NCBI GenBank assembly: GCA_051294905.1 | Contig: CM119373.1 | Location: forward strand, 33,976,001-34,040,000 | Reading direction: 5' to 3' | From: Botryllus schlosseri | Taxonomy: Eukaryota | Length of the DNA stretch: 64,000 nt | Shown: positions 10,791 to 22,689 of the stretch, piece by piece | Position numbering within the stretch: position 1 is the stretch's first letter | Layout of the letters: each line of letters begins with the position of its first letter | Made by a program: the position numbers and the translations under genes | The notes under the pieces: generated by a model | What the model saw: the letters and a program-made list of their open reading frames with translations, nothing else | Told to the model about the DNA's origin: nothing | Databases searched by the model: none

Positions 10791-11882
10791 ATATGGATAG
10801 GAAAGAAAATGCAACCCCACATTTTAGCAAAGAGTGATATCCTTGGGCTCAGGTGACAGATGATAGAAATAAATCAAAAAATTTAATGGTACAGGGCCAA
10901 GCCCATTTCTGGGTCTCAACAAAATCTACACAAAGCAACAAAACACAGACATGTACAGTGTACACGTACAGTGGACACAACACAATGGCCGAAAAGTACG
11001 TACCAAGTAACAGCCTAGCACCTGGAAAATGAATGCCAAATCGCATCGGAAAAACTTTTTAGCGTACGTAACAAAAACGTACCATAAAATTGTAGTTTGT
11101 GATGCTGAACCACAGTTTCAGGAGAACAAACTTATAGTACTTGAACAAGTTACACATTTTGAAAATCTTTCCAGCATCCACTAGCAAGTACTGACGAACA
11201 CAATTAAGTTCAGTTCATCAGGAATTTTCATCAACTCAAAACACCAGAAGAGTGCGATACAATGAAAATATAGTGAGGTGTAGAAACGATTTGGAGTAGT
11301 CTTTGAAATCAGACACCCACCTGGGCCGGAGCAAAGTAAATGGAAGGCATGCACATGCACACTAAACGAAGAGCAAAAGAAGATAGTACAAAAAGACAAG
11401 AAACAAAATGAGGTGGCATGTGACGGAAGGCGAGATTGATATGTCACTTCATGGTCTGGTAGACTTGAGGACTGACTAGTGTTCAATAAGTAGAAATTGA
11501 TTGTATTTCGACTTGAATATGGACTTGGACACGCTCTGGGAATGCCGGATAGCCGACGAGATGACGATTCGAATGCTCTAATCCAAACCATGTAACAAGT
11601 GTTACGATCTGAGGTGAGAAGTGACAGATGATTATTTTCTGAGTACGGTACTAAGATGGAACGCCCCTTTCCATGAAAAGGTATATCGTCAACGAGAGTT
11701 TGACGCTATTTTCTCAATGTGGAACCGTCAAAACCGAATTCACAGGATCCAAAACTCATAGCAGAGCTACGCAGGTTACTGTTGATTAAATTTCAGCTAA
11801 GTCATAATCAACCCACAGCAATATCACAAATTGAAATGAAATCCGCATGGTCACAAAATACCATATTATTTACCACCTAGGC

Positions 11883-12097
11883 CAGTGGTTTTCAACTGGT
11901 GGGGAATTCGATGGTTGGTTTCTGGTGGGGTATAGACACATTTGTAAACCGTAATATACAGGATGGTCTACCACACATGCGCGATTACCGTTACCAGTTA
12001 TCTACTCTGGACTGTATGAATCAAAACTCATAAATTGAAAGTGTCCTCGAAGGACGCCTAAATGTCCTTCTAGTCAACACAATACTATCGGTTGACA
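11883..12097. mobile_element. Left half of the 1740-2131 MITE, cut by a deletion junction
   Basis: ACCTAGGC + CAGTGGTTTTCAAC; homology to 1740-1950 stops at 12097. Confidence 0.8.
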
Positions 12098-12213
12098 GGT
12101 TCGGCGCCTATGGGACTACGTAATATTTTAGTTTCTAGTTCCACTTTAACTGACACCTCTTGAAAAACACAACTACTTGTGCAGAAATAATACTACAAAG
12201 ACCTCATGCATCA

Positions 12214-13836
12214 TCACAAAATAATTCCTGCCGAAAAGAGGTTGAGATCCAGAGACTTCACGTCTTGCCAATCGAATTCTATCAACGTATTCAACAAATT
12301 CGTCTTGGGGTTGAATTCGAGGATATTCGTGCATGGTCTGTTAGAAAAGAATCCACCGCATATGTATACCCTTCCGCCAACACAATAAGTCACAAAATAT
12401 GAACGTTGCAAATTGGGAAGTGGGATTTGCGTCCAAATACATGCGTCATGGGGCAACAGAAGAATGTTGCTTCCATACACTGACTTGCCACTAAGTCCAC
12501 CAAGAACGTAAATGCTCTTATTCAAGGTGCATGCAACTGCACCAGTTCTCTTATCCGGTAAGGATGGCCCGATTGACCAAGTGGATGTCGAAAAGCTGAA
12601 ACATTCCACATCTTGCAGATAGTTATTCAGTTCATTAGAGCCTCCAATTACATAAAGCTTATGCTGGAAAATAGTGAAGGCAGACGAAAGAGTTCTATAT
12701 TGCTTGCGGGGGAGCCTTGACCAATGGTTATTATTTACGTCATATTGAGCCAAACAGCAGCTCGGATATTTATTTGCTACATAAAATTTACCCGATTTAC
12801 TGGCAACTACACTCCTGTAATATGGAAATGAACGTTCAAGTTCTTTCCAGGGCGAATCATTTTCGAGAAAATTACGATAGTACAGATCATACTTGAGATC
12901 AATAACATATATGTAGCATTCCATTACAACAACTGAGCCTGGTATATAATTGAATGGCCGTAGCTCAGTGACCGACTTTCTGTCTATGTCAAACCACATG
13001 AGACGAGAAAGATCAACATTCACCATCAAAATACCAGGAGTACAGCCACCTTTGTAATCACTGGCTTCTTCATATGATTTCTCCGGTAGTGATTTCATGA
13101 CGTACGTCATGCATTCGGTGGATTTGGCGACAGATTGTTGCTGAGATAAAAATTTACGATATGAGATGGGTATTTTTTGCAGGTCAATATGCTGCAATAA
13201 GTCAAAAAGTTGATTGGATCGATCCAAGTTTTCGTTGAACCAAATCATCGCGGCTTTGCACTTGATCACATCCAACATCTTCAAATCTTCAGAGGAAATC
13301 AAATATTCCAGGAATTCGAAATCAACTTCCTTGAATTCGTCCCTTTTCATGATCGCGTGAAAGTTTTCATGAGCAAAACTTCTGCATGCTTGCTGTAATC
13401 GTTGACAGGAATACTTATCGGCAATATTTCTGGTGTCGAAAAACGAGTCCACGTCAAGATTTTCATCCAGGAAAAGTGACATTGCATCGCATGCTTTATT
13501 AATTCCAAACAAATGTGCCACGTACATTAGTTTTTCTGTTTTTCTAATCAGGAACGAAGCTTGTCCAGTGTACATGATTTCAATGCAGGTCATCACACAT
13601 TCAGGATCTACATGCTTTAAATCAACCATTCCCAACATGTTCTCTTTTGTGTCGTGATTGAGCATCTTAGCAAAATACTCAGAACTTGCGGCAATGACGC
13701 ACTTGTGAACAGAGATCTCCTTTTCTCCCACTTTTATAATGAAGTCACAATACCGTTGATTGATTCTAAACTCGTCAAATTTCGAGAGAAGGTCGAGGGC
13801 ATGGCCGGTCTTGTCAATATTCAAAAGATGTTCCAT
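12214..13836 (-). CDS. BTB-BACK-Kelch protein type B, copy 1, 540 aa
   Basis: Intact ORF; BTB, BACK and Kelch blades (LYVIGG, IYVLGG, VYICGG). Confidence 0.93.
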   Translation of the reverse strand: MEHLLNIDKTGHALDLLSKFDEFRINQRYCDFIIKVGEKEISVHKCVIAASSEYFAKMLNHDTKENMLGMVDLKHVDPECVMTCIEIMYTGQASFLIRKTEKLMYVAHLFGINKACDAMSLFLDENLDVDSFFDTRNIADKYSCQRLQQACRSFAHENFHAIMKRDEFKEVDFEFLEYLISSEDLKMLDVIKCKAAMIWFNENLDRSNQLFDLLQHIDLQKIPISYRKFLSQQQSVAKSTECMTYVMKSLPEKSYEEASDYKGGCTPGILMVNVDLSRLMWFDIDRKSVTELRPFNYIPGSVVVMECYIYVIDLKYDLYYRNFLENDSPWKELERSFPYYRSVVASKSGKFYVANKYPSCCLAQYDVNNNHWSRLPRKQYRTLSSAFTIFQHKLYVIGGSNELNNYLQDVECFSFSTSTWSIGPSLPDKRTGAVACTLNKSIYVLGGLSGKSVYGSNILLLPHDACIWTQIPLPNLQRSYFVTYCVGGRVYICGGFFSNRPCTNILEFNPKTNLLNTLIEFDWQDVKSLDLNLFSAGIIL

Positions 13837-14727
13837 CACAGCTCACCAGTTTAAAACCAAAATATATAGCTCACTAAAAAACTTTGGAATAAAACTGTAA
13901 CCGTAACATCAGATACATGGTGAGTTTAGTTGTAGCATATTTATGCAACAGTATCATCATAGTCCTAACATAAAGATAGGAAAGAAAATGTAATCCCACA
14001 TGTTAGCGAAGAGTGATATCCTTGGGCTTAGGTGACAGTAGATAGAATACTAAGGAAGAAATTGAATATTACAGGGCCAAGGACATGTTAGGGTCTTTAA
14101 CACAATCTAAGAAGAAATACCTTCTTTATTCTACGGAAAGCAAAAAAACACAGACATTTACAGTGAACACAAATAGATGGAAGAAAAGTACCAACCAAGT
14201 AACAGCCAAACCGAATCACATCGGAAAAACTATTTAGCGTACGTAACAAAATCGTACTATAAAATTGCAATTTGTGATGCTGAACCACAGTTTTTGAAGA
14301 ACCTACTTATAGTACTAAAAGAGTTACACTGTTTGAAAATTTTCTAGCATCCACTAACAAGTAGTGTCGAGTACAATTTAGTTCAGTTCATTAGGAATTT
14401 ACCTCAATTCAAAACACCACAAGACTACGAAACAATGAAAAAAAGCAAGGTGTCGAAACGATTAGAAGTAGGCTAGTCTTTGATACCAGACAGTCACCCA
14501 CCCAGGCCCAAGCAAAGAAAATGGATGACATGCACACTGAACGAAGAGTAAAGGAACATAATATAAAAAGACAAATGACAAAATAAGGTGGCATGTGACG
14601 GAAGACGAGATCGATACGTCAGGTCAGAGGTCATGATCTGGTACACCTGAGGGCTGGCTAGTGCTCAAACTGCTCATGCTCATTCAGTAGAAATTGATTA
14701 TACTTGACTTGAATATCGATACACTTG

Positions 14728-15212
14728 GAGCTTTGGAGGCGGAGCCGTGCATTTTCACCGGAGCTCCACATGAAATCGTGTGACAATTAAACACACGAAG
14801 CGTGAAGAAAAAATTCACTACTATTTTAGTTTATTGTAATGTACGAAGATCTACTAAAAATGTGACTGGACCCTGGATCTGCCAATGCGTCGGAACTGAT
14901 ATTTTAGTCATCAACATCTCAAGTGTCGCAGCCAGACTTGTTATTTTTGGTTGGCCTTGCAAGTTCATAATCTGAGCAATTCATTTTCGATAATATAACA
15001 GGATTCCGATAATAAAATAGGAAATTATCTCGTGGGCCACTCAAAACCCTCTCGCACGCCACATTTGGCCCGCTGGCCGCGCGTTGGCCACCGCTGATAT
15101 AGACAAACCCATTCGATAATTTTCAGAGCCGGAGCTGGAGCTAATGTATGAGGGAAGAAAGCTCAGGAGCCGGAGCTGGAGCAGTTAAAATTTACGCTGC
15201 TCCAAAGCCCTG
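14728..15212. mobile_element. hAT-like MITE with GGAGCC repeats, left end eroded
   Basis: Right TIR GCTGCTCCAAAGCCCTG; left GAGCTTTGGAG lacks the terminal CAGG. Contains the right end of another hAT (GTTGGCCACCGCTG + ATATAGAC at ~15096). About 500 bp of spacer seen in the C-type copy is missing next to the left end. Confidence 0.65.
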
Positions 15213-16509
15213 CATGTAGGTCTACATGGAACATAGAGCGAGAAAAACAGAAATATAGTATGAAAATGCACAAGAAACAAACGGAAAGATGGTACGAAAA
15301 TGGTCAAGCAACATAAATTGATGAGCACATGAAGCTACAGAGTTTTTTTGCCTTGATAACAAAACTTATTTATCGTGAAGATTTGAATGAATACTATGAT
15401 CTTACATGCATATTGTATCTGCATTTCGACAGCTTTGCATACAACTTGGCTAAAATATATCTCTAGCAGTTTTACAGATCTTACAATTGACTTTAAAGAA
15501 AATGGTGGATGATCTTAATTCTAATAACTTTGAAGTTTGTGTTCATCCTTTCACTACCGATGTGGTGAAAGTGGAAATGCCCCAGTATATTTTGCTGGAT
15601 TAGAAATAGAAGTAGCAATATCTAAGACATGTCAAAACAAAAATATATATGGATTGATTCAAATCTCGTGTATCAGGAACGATACCAGAAAAAAAGGGCC
15701 AAGATCAATTGCTTCGTACGTTCAATTAGACCTGTTAAGACTTGATGAAAATGAGTTTCTTTCGAATTGAGGCCTTCGATATCACCGAGGAGCTTTTAAA
15801 AAGTTTGAGTTGAACTAGACTTGAACTAGGAACACGGAACACTATGGTTTGTATTTGAGTCTCAACCATTTGTCTTTGAGCCGGACTAGGACTTGGCCTG
15901 GCGGTGAGTTTTAAATGACTCGACTTCACTCGAGCAAAATCTCTAAAAGTAATATTGACTTGTGACTTGACTACAACCCTAGACACAACACAGAAGAGTC
16001 TTCAAAAATAGAACACGTTGATAAATCCCTGCGGTTATTATGACAATTTCACTCACAAATGTGGAGCAACTGTAAAACTAAAACAATACAGAACTCACGG
16101 TAATCTGGTTTACGACATGAAGACAACGCCTTATCGGCATGTTTGAAAAGGAACATATTATCTAAATGTGGTGTTAAACTGTATGTTTTTTTTCTTTGTG
16201 GCTGAATTTGAGTTGCATATATCAACATTATCATCGCCATAGTTCTATGATGCAATAATAAGTGTTACTCGAATATACACATTCGATTCTCAATCTATTA
16301 CTCAGGTAGCCTACTCGATTTTCCCAAGCTCTACTAACAATCATAGAACCGACTTCAAATTTTTCAAGCATCAGTATGATACATGTAGGAATACATGGAA
16401 CACAGAGCGAGAAATACAGAAAGATGGTAGGAAAATGGTCAAGCAATATAAATTGACAGGCACATGTCGCTACAGAATTTGACTTGAACAATGACAAAAC
16501 TGTAAATCC

Positions 16510-16783
16510 TAAATCAGCTGATAAAGAAGAGGGGAAGATTGAGAACCGTGGTATCAATAACAGCCTTGATGAAAGCTTGAATCGCTAATAAGACGTTGCC
16601 AGCATTTATCAATTGACGTCATACTTTGTAAAACGAGTGTTGATATGCAATGTTCTTTCCAATTCTCTACTTGTTGCTGAAAATTACCCCTGACGAGTGT
16701 CAGGCGTAAATATTCAGGTTCATTTCAATATGAATATACCATTTATTTGTATATTGAAGTTTTGTACCTCCAAGTTGCTCTTA
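16510..16783 (+). mobile_element. Penelope-like retroelement 3' fragment with degenerate hammerhead motif
   Basis: Homologous (reverse complement) to insert 28926-29144. Motif ACCC-CTGACGA-GTGTCAGGC-GTAA-ATATTC at 16686-16719 (GAAA mutated to GTAA). Confidence 0.6.
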
Positions 16784-16919
16784 AAAACTGTTAAACTAAG
16801 AAAATAACGAATTGACGGTGATCTGGTTTACGACATGAAGAAAACGCCTTACCTATACAACAGAGACCATAATGCAAAACAATAATGAAACAAAATACGG
16901 AAATGTCGAGAATGTCAAG

Positions 16920-18550
16920 CAGGCGCGTAGCCAGGGGGGGGGGGGGGGGGGTTCGGGGGTCGGAAACCCCGACTTTTGAAGCGCGAAACCCCTTCCATTT
17001 ACGCGAAACCCCTCTCGATGCATTTCAATATTTCGTCGGTCGGTAGCACTAGCTAATTTGTAGCACGCTCTTGCGCAATGATATGACCGATACATATGAT
17101 GGCCTTTTTCTCGCGTCTTCTCTCGTGTGCACAGTAGATGAGAGAGGGCTTTTTTTCACGTGCGTGCAAGGGAGACAAGGTCGTTATATCGTATAATGTA
17201 ATCACAGTCACAGTGTAGCTACAACTCGTCGCGTCGCTTTTCCGAACGCGCGTAATTAGTATTAATAATATCAGATGTATTGCAGTATTCACCTCACTGG
17301 CGGCGCGTAATTCATAATTGTCGCGTGGTCCGCGATCTCATCAAGTCTAGAACTCTATTAGGTCTTTGCTTCAACAATTGGATGCCTAATCTCACGCATT
17401 CACCGATACACGGCAACGCAACTTTGATCTACAATTTGACGGCTTAATATCAACAAAGAACAAAGAAATAGCAACAGGTTATCTGAAGAACACTGTATTC
17501 GAACGGCATTCTTCAATCTACGCTAACATTTTTTTGCCAAAATCCTTTAACACAGCCAAGCCAGGCTTGCGCGCGGCCAATTGGCCGGGCCTATTGCAGA
17601 TGCGGTTCTTCAAGCCAGTAGAACTAGGCTTGTTAGAGACGTGATAAATCAGGCTAGCAACGATTGCATCCAGCACGGCAAAAACTAACGAGAATCGATC
17701 TCGCTGAGATGATTGCGAAATTAAGTCATCGATTGGCGCGCGCTCGGCAATCGTTGCTAGCCTGATTTGTCACGTCTCTACCAAGCCTAGTTTTACTGGC
17801 TTGAAGAACCGCATCTGCAATAGGCCCGGTGCGAACTATACCATCGCCTGCACAATCGCATCTGCTTTGCCTGTCCCGCACTATATCATCGTTGGCTTAC
17901 ACAACAATCGCATCCGCAATATGCCTGATACGAAAGATATCATCGCTAGCCTAATAACGATCGCGTCTCAGGCCTAGCATGCTTTGGCTCCTATCTCTCG
18001 ATGGATTGTATGCGGATTTGCGATTGTGATTAAAGAATGACATCGCTAAACTGAATGACATGGAATGTCCGCAATCGACCTCAAACATGTACGTGCGACG
18101 GTGCGTACATACTTGATTGATTTTCGCTAATACTTGAACATAACCATCGGAAGATGTGTGTCAATGCTTGAGTTATAAAAGATGAGAAAAGTTTGAAATT
18201 GAACCACCTGAAATCGGTGCCATTATAGAACAGATTCCATAACAACTCTGACATTTTGACTTGTGCAAATCGTCGCCGAGGTTACACGTAATATGCGTTG
18301 ATATGCGCGTAATACGCGTTGAGAAAGCTCGCGTATTCAATTGTTCGCGAGAGATCAGGGACTCGCTAATTAACAGCACTTCCGGACACGTTGGCAAGCT
18401 TATCATACGCGTAAGTTCGTCAACGCGAGGCGATTGTATAATCGTCATTTACGCATTACTTAACCCTAATGAATTTGATGCTATAAAAATCGAAACCCCG
18501 CCCTCTTCATTTCAAACCCCTCCCATATTTTTCGGCTGGCTACGCGCCTG
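16920..18550. mobile_element. Non-autonomous hAT (Tip100-like termini) element, 1631 bp
   Basis: Perfect 15-bp TIR CAGGCGCGTAGCCAG / CTGGCTACGCGCCTG; perfect 8-bp TSD ATGTCAAG; empty paralogous site at ~47852. Confidence 0.92.
17585..17829. mobile_element. Palindromic MITE-like element nested in the hAT element
   Basis: About 83-bp near-perfect inverted arms (17585-17667 and 17747-17829), bounded by CCGG at both ends. Confidence 0.75.
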
Positions 18551-18768
18551 ATGTCAAGAGACATCCATCCTGCAAATTGCATGCAAGTTAGCACATTCCA
18601 AATGCTAAGTCCAGTATATGACCCGAAAATATCATCCATAATATTTAATTTAGAAAAGCATGCAGATTCTCCATGACATGCCAATTCACATGACAATGAA
18701 CGTCAAGTAACGATTAATTCAGGTATATTGAAGTGGTAAAAAATAAAGTAATCGTTACATACTCAAAG

Positions 18769-20046
18769 TTACTTTGTGTCAAAATGGACCTGCATGTGGT
18801 TCCTCAAACAAGAACTCCTGACAAATAACCTGCCGCATATTTCACACCCAAAATCTTTCACGTCCAAATGGCTCTTGATATGTTGCCTCAGAGAATGTTT
18901 TTGAACAAACGCTTGACCACACGTTTCGCACTTGAAATCTTTCATATTCAGATGGATACGCATATGCCTATTCAGAGAACACTTTTGGTTAAATGAAAGG
19001 TCGCATCGCTCGCATTTAAAAGATTTCACGCCATAATGGATGAGCATGTGTCGCTGTAGGGATTGCTTTTGACTAAAACGTTTGCCACAGATTTCACACT
19101 CGAATTTCACATCAAAATGGATGAAAGTGTGTTTTGCCAGATACAGCAGGGTGGTGAACGATTTTCCACATGTCTCACACTCATGTCTCTCATCTTTAGT
19201 ATGCGAATGGATGAGTATGTGGCGCGCTAAATCCGGTCCTCGCTTGAACGATTTGCCGCATATTTCACACGAAAAATTGTTCACATCCAAATGGATCGCC
19301 ATATGTCTTTCCAAGCTACTCTCCATGCTATATAATGAGCCACATATTTCACATTTGAACTCTATACCATCAGTGTGCATCCTCGAATGACTTCTCAGAC
19401 AATTTTTCTGTCGGAAAAGTTTACCGCATACTTGGCATTCAAAGCTTTTGGCAGAATGGATGAGCATATGTGATTCCAAAGACGTCTTTGAGCAGACTAA
19501 TTTAGCGCAAATTTCGCACTCGTACTTTTTGATACTGGTAACTGTATGGATGATCCTATGGTTTCTCAAATCTTTTTTTGTGAAGAATGATCTTTCACAA
19601 ACTTCACATTTGAAACTTTTAACGTCAAAATGGTGCACCATGTGATTCTTCAAACCTCTCATTTCTTTTAGAATTTTGCCGCAAATTTCACACGTGAAAT
19701 TTTTAGTGCTGTAATGGAACTGCATGTGCTTTTTCAGATCATCTCTTCGTCCGAAGGGCAGAGCACAAGTTCGACAGGTCACAGTTTCTGCACCAGAATG
19801 GAGCAGTAGGTGATGACTCAAATTCCATTTAGAGGACAATGATTTGAAACAAAGTCCACATTGCAAAGGCTTCACACCAGCGTGTATCAGAGAGTGCTGA
19901 CTTAAACGGTATTTACTGGCCAAAGATTTATAACAAAGTTCACATTTGAAAAGGCTCACCGTACGAGTGTGAATCAGCAAGTGCTTTTCCAAATCACTTT
20001 TTGTGCTGTAGAATTGACCGCAAACGTCACATTCGTGGTACGGCAT
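18769..20046 (-). CDS. C2H2 zinc-finger-only protein type B, copy 1, 15 fingers, 425 aa from MPYHEC
   Basis: 15 CxxC...HxxxH units; no KRAB, SCAN, ZAD or BTB domain visible; single coding exon. Confidence 0.92.
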   Translation of the reverse strand: MPYHECDVCGQFYSTKSDLEKHLLIHTRTVSLFKCELCYKSLASKYRLSQHSLIHAGVKPLQCGLCFKSLSSKWNLSHHLLLHSGAETVTCRTCALPFGRRDDLKKHMQFHYSTKNFTCEICGKILKEMRGLKNHMVHHFDVKSFKCEVCERSFFTKKDLRNHRIIHTVTSIKKYECEICAKLVCSKTSLESHMLIHSAKSFECQVCGKLFRQKNCLRSHSRMHTDGIEFKCEICGSLYSMESSLERHMAIHLDVNNFSCEICGKSFKRGPDLARHILIHSHTKDERHECETCGKSFTTLLYLAKHTFIHFDVKFECEICGKRFSQKQSLQRHMLIHYGVKSFKCERCDLSFNQKCSLNRHMRIHLNMKDFKCETCGQAFVQKHSLRQHIKSHLDVKDFGCEICGRLFVRSSCLRNHMQVHFDTK

Positions 20047-20328
20047 TGCGGAATGAATATACAGTGTTCCTTGTGACTTTCTTTCCAGACTTGCCACAAA
20101 TTTGACAAAGCGTCTCTAACTGTGCTCCTCTATGGACTTGCTGCGTGTCTTGTATTTACAGCTACCGCCAATCGTTCAAATTCTCAAGTCAGTCAAGGAT
20201 TAATAATTCGAGGTATTGACAAACGACTATGGACGCAGAGCTGCAGCAGAGATATGCCAACTCTTTTATTTTTATTCAGCAATCTAAAAATAGTAAGCAG
20301 ATCCATTAATAAAATTGTGTATATTTTG

Positions 20329-21217
20329 CAATGTTGGGATCAAGTCACTACCTTCGAGTCACGAGTCATTTCGATTCATTGCACATTTTGATTCAAGTCA
20401 AGTCACTTGATTTTTGGTGAGTCAAGTCGAGTCAAGTCGAGTCAAGTCACGAGTCAAGTCACAATTCAAGTTTCATATTGCCTTTTCTAAGTATGAGGAA
20501 TGATTACGTCATTGCATTTCACTAGCTGTCTGATAGACAGGTTGAGTGGTCATCAATTCTGAATCAATGAACGAATATAGAGTTAAATATAAGGCAAAAA
20601 AGCGCTGTATCGCTCACATATACGTACAGCACAGCGTCAGTTTATAGTTATTAGTCACCAGCGAAAATAGAGAAAAGAATTGATAACATGCAATAGACAT
20701 TGCCGATTTACAAATTGATATAATACAATTCGAATCTGCACCAGTGGTTGAGGACTATATAAACTATATTCGAATTCAATTTCAACCAAACAATAGGTTT
20801 GGTTAGGGTAAGAACAGAAAACAGAAATAGACATTTTGCTAATAAATTACTTTAATATGCTAGTTTACGACCCCGAAAGCTGTAAGTTCCGATCACTTCG
20901 TTTGCGATCAATTTATTTGTGAGAGAATAATGGAGAATCAGTGCAACGCACGATCATTGAATGCTTGATCATTCTTACGGGTTACACCAGCATTTCGCGA
21001 ACGATTCGATCATATGCAAGATACAGTGATTTTTATCAACACCGATTACTTGATGACTTGAAATTGACTCGTGAATTTTGCTCCGAGTCACAAGTCAATC
21101 CACATTTCTGATGTGCCGAGTAAAGTCAAGTCATTCCAGCAAAGTGACTCGAGTCAAGTCAAGTCATTCGAAAAAGGTGACTCGAGTCAAGTCATGGCTC
21201 GAGTCATCACAACACTG
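20329..21217. mobile_element. hAT-type MITE (GAGTCAAGTC repeats), 889 bp
   Basis: Termini CAATGTTGGG / CACAACACTG; perfect 8-bp TSD ATATTTTG. Confidence 0.88.
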
Positions 21218-22196
21218 ATATTTTGTTTGTGGAAACCGACTGCAGCAGTGATAAAAAGATATTTATATATAAGGCTGACATTACAAAGATGATATTTCAA
21301 TTAGAATTGACTGTAAAAGTGCAGTGTGACTTTTTCTATCTCGTCAAAAAATGGTCAAAACACATCATTGGGTGCCAAGAAGTTGACAAAGCTCAAAGTT
21401 TTCTCTGTGACGTCTTTAGTTTTAAAGACCCTTATTCTGAATAAATTAAAATGCTTGTGCATTGAAAACAAGGACTATCGTCACATTTATATTTTATGTT
21501 GTGAAGCGGTGTTCAATACGTGAGAGATAAATGTAGTCACTATATCGATCAACATATCACAAAACAAGCATGCACAACTGCACATGAACATTTGGGGTTT
21601 CGGCGAAGTCTAAGTAAAAGTCCATAATTTAATCTACAGTGTAATAAATTGCAGGAATACACAGATGATCCTAAATACAGAAAATTCACTTGAAATTGAG
21701 CTAATACTGACAATAAGCGCTGGACACCATGATTCGAGTACTCAAAATTTTAATCGGGCAATAATTATAACGATTAGAGACGAGTAGTGAGATTAAGTTG
21801 TTTCCAAGTACTGAAAGTACGTGTTCCTGGCCACTATGAGTAATTTATCAACGGGAATTATGGTTTTTATATTGGATATGAGATATCCGTGGAGTCATGA
21901 TCAACCCACACCACTGTCAAAATGTACAATGAAATAGGTATGGTAGGAAAAATACCATATATTGTTTAATGTGATGTGGAACTGGCACTGTATTTTGTGG
22001 TCGCAACAAGCTTACATATTTCATTTTTCCACATCATTCATACTGCTGTGACATCATTACCAGCGATACTTGAATACTCGACTCGATGTCCAATACTCGA
22101 TTTAGGATCCAATCATTCAAGTATTGAAATTTGCCAAGCCCTACTGACAAGGCCTGTGACATTATGAGGAATGCAACATCGAAATCAACTCTAAAC

Positions 22197-22689
22197 CAGT
22201 GTTGTAATGACTTGAGTCATGATTCGAGTCAAGTCCGACCCAAGTCGTGATTTTTGGTGACTTGACCGAACTCGAATCATTTTTTCGAATGGTTGAAATG
22301 ACTCGACTCAGTTTTTCTGTTGCCTCGACTTGTACTTGAACCAAGTCATATGGCTCGAGACCAGGACAGACACGACAGACATATCATTGTAACATAGAAG
22401 AATAAAGTTACCACATTATTGGTATTTCATATGTAAGTCTCGATACTCCGGAAATTGGGCCACAAACTGTTAAAACAAAAGAGAATTACTATATTATGAG
22501 TGTAAGCCATTCTTTATCACTCGAGACTCAAGTCACAACACTATGACTCGGATTAGACCCTCTACCAGCTGTCTTGGCCTCGGACTTGACTCGATCGTGA
22601 ATTGAAAATGACTCGACTTGACTGGAGTAAAAACTATAAAAGTGAGACTGACCTGTGACTCGGAACCTTGTGATATGGTTTCAACCCTA
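22197..22689. mobile_element. hAT-type MITE (GACTC family)
   Basis: Termini CAGTGTTG / CAACCCTA; degenerate TSD CTCTAAAC / CCTCAAAC; absent from the paralogous Kelch 3' flank near 8500. Confidence 0.7.

Larger units (their letters stand above)
7470..12097 (+). repeat. Segmental duplication block matching ~33390-37963
   Basis: D-type 5' end, spacer, Kelch A and upstream spacer; offset ~25.9 kb. Confidence 0.93.

Noticed and set aside
16934-16951. G18 run as a regulatory G-quadruplex
   Set aside because: Part of the transposon subterminal region, and homopolymer length is error-prone.
20390-20470. GAGTCAAGTC tandem arrays as CRISPR-like or telomeric repeats
   Set aside because: No unique spacers or cas genes; they are subterminal repeats inside TIR/TSD-bounded MITEs.
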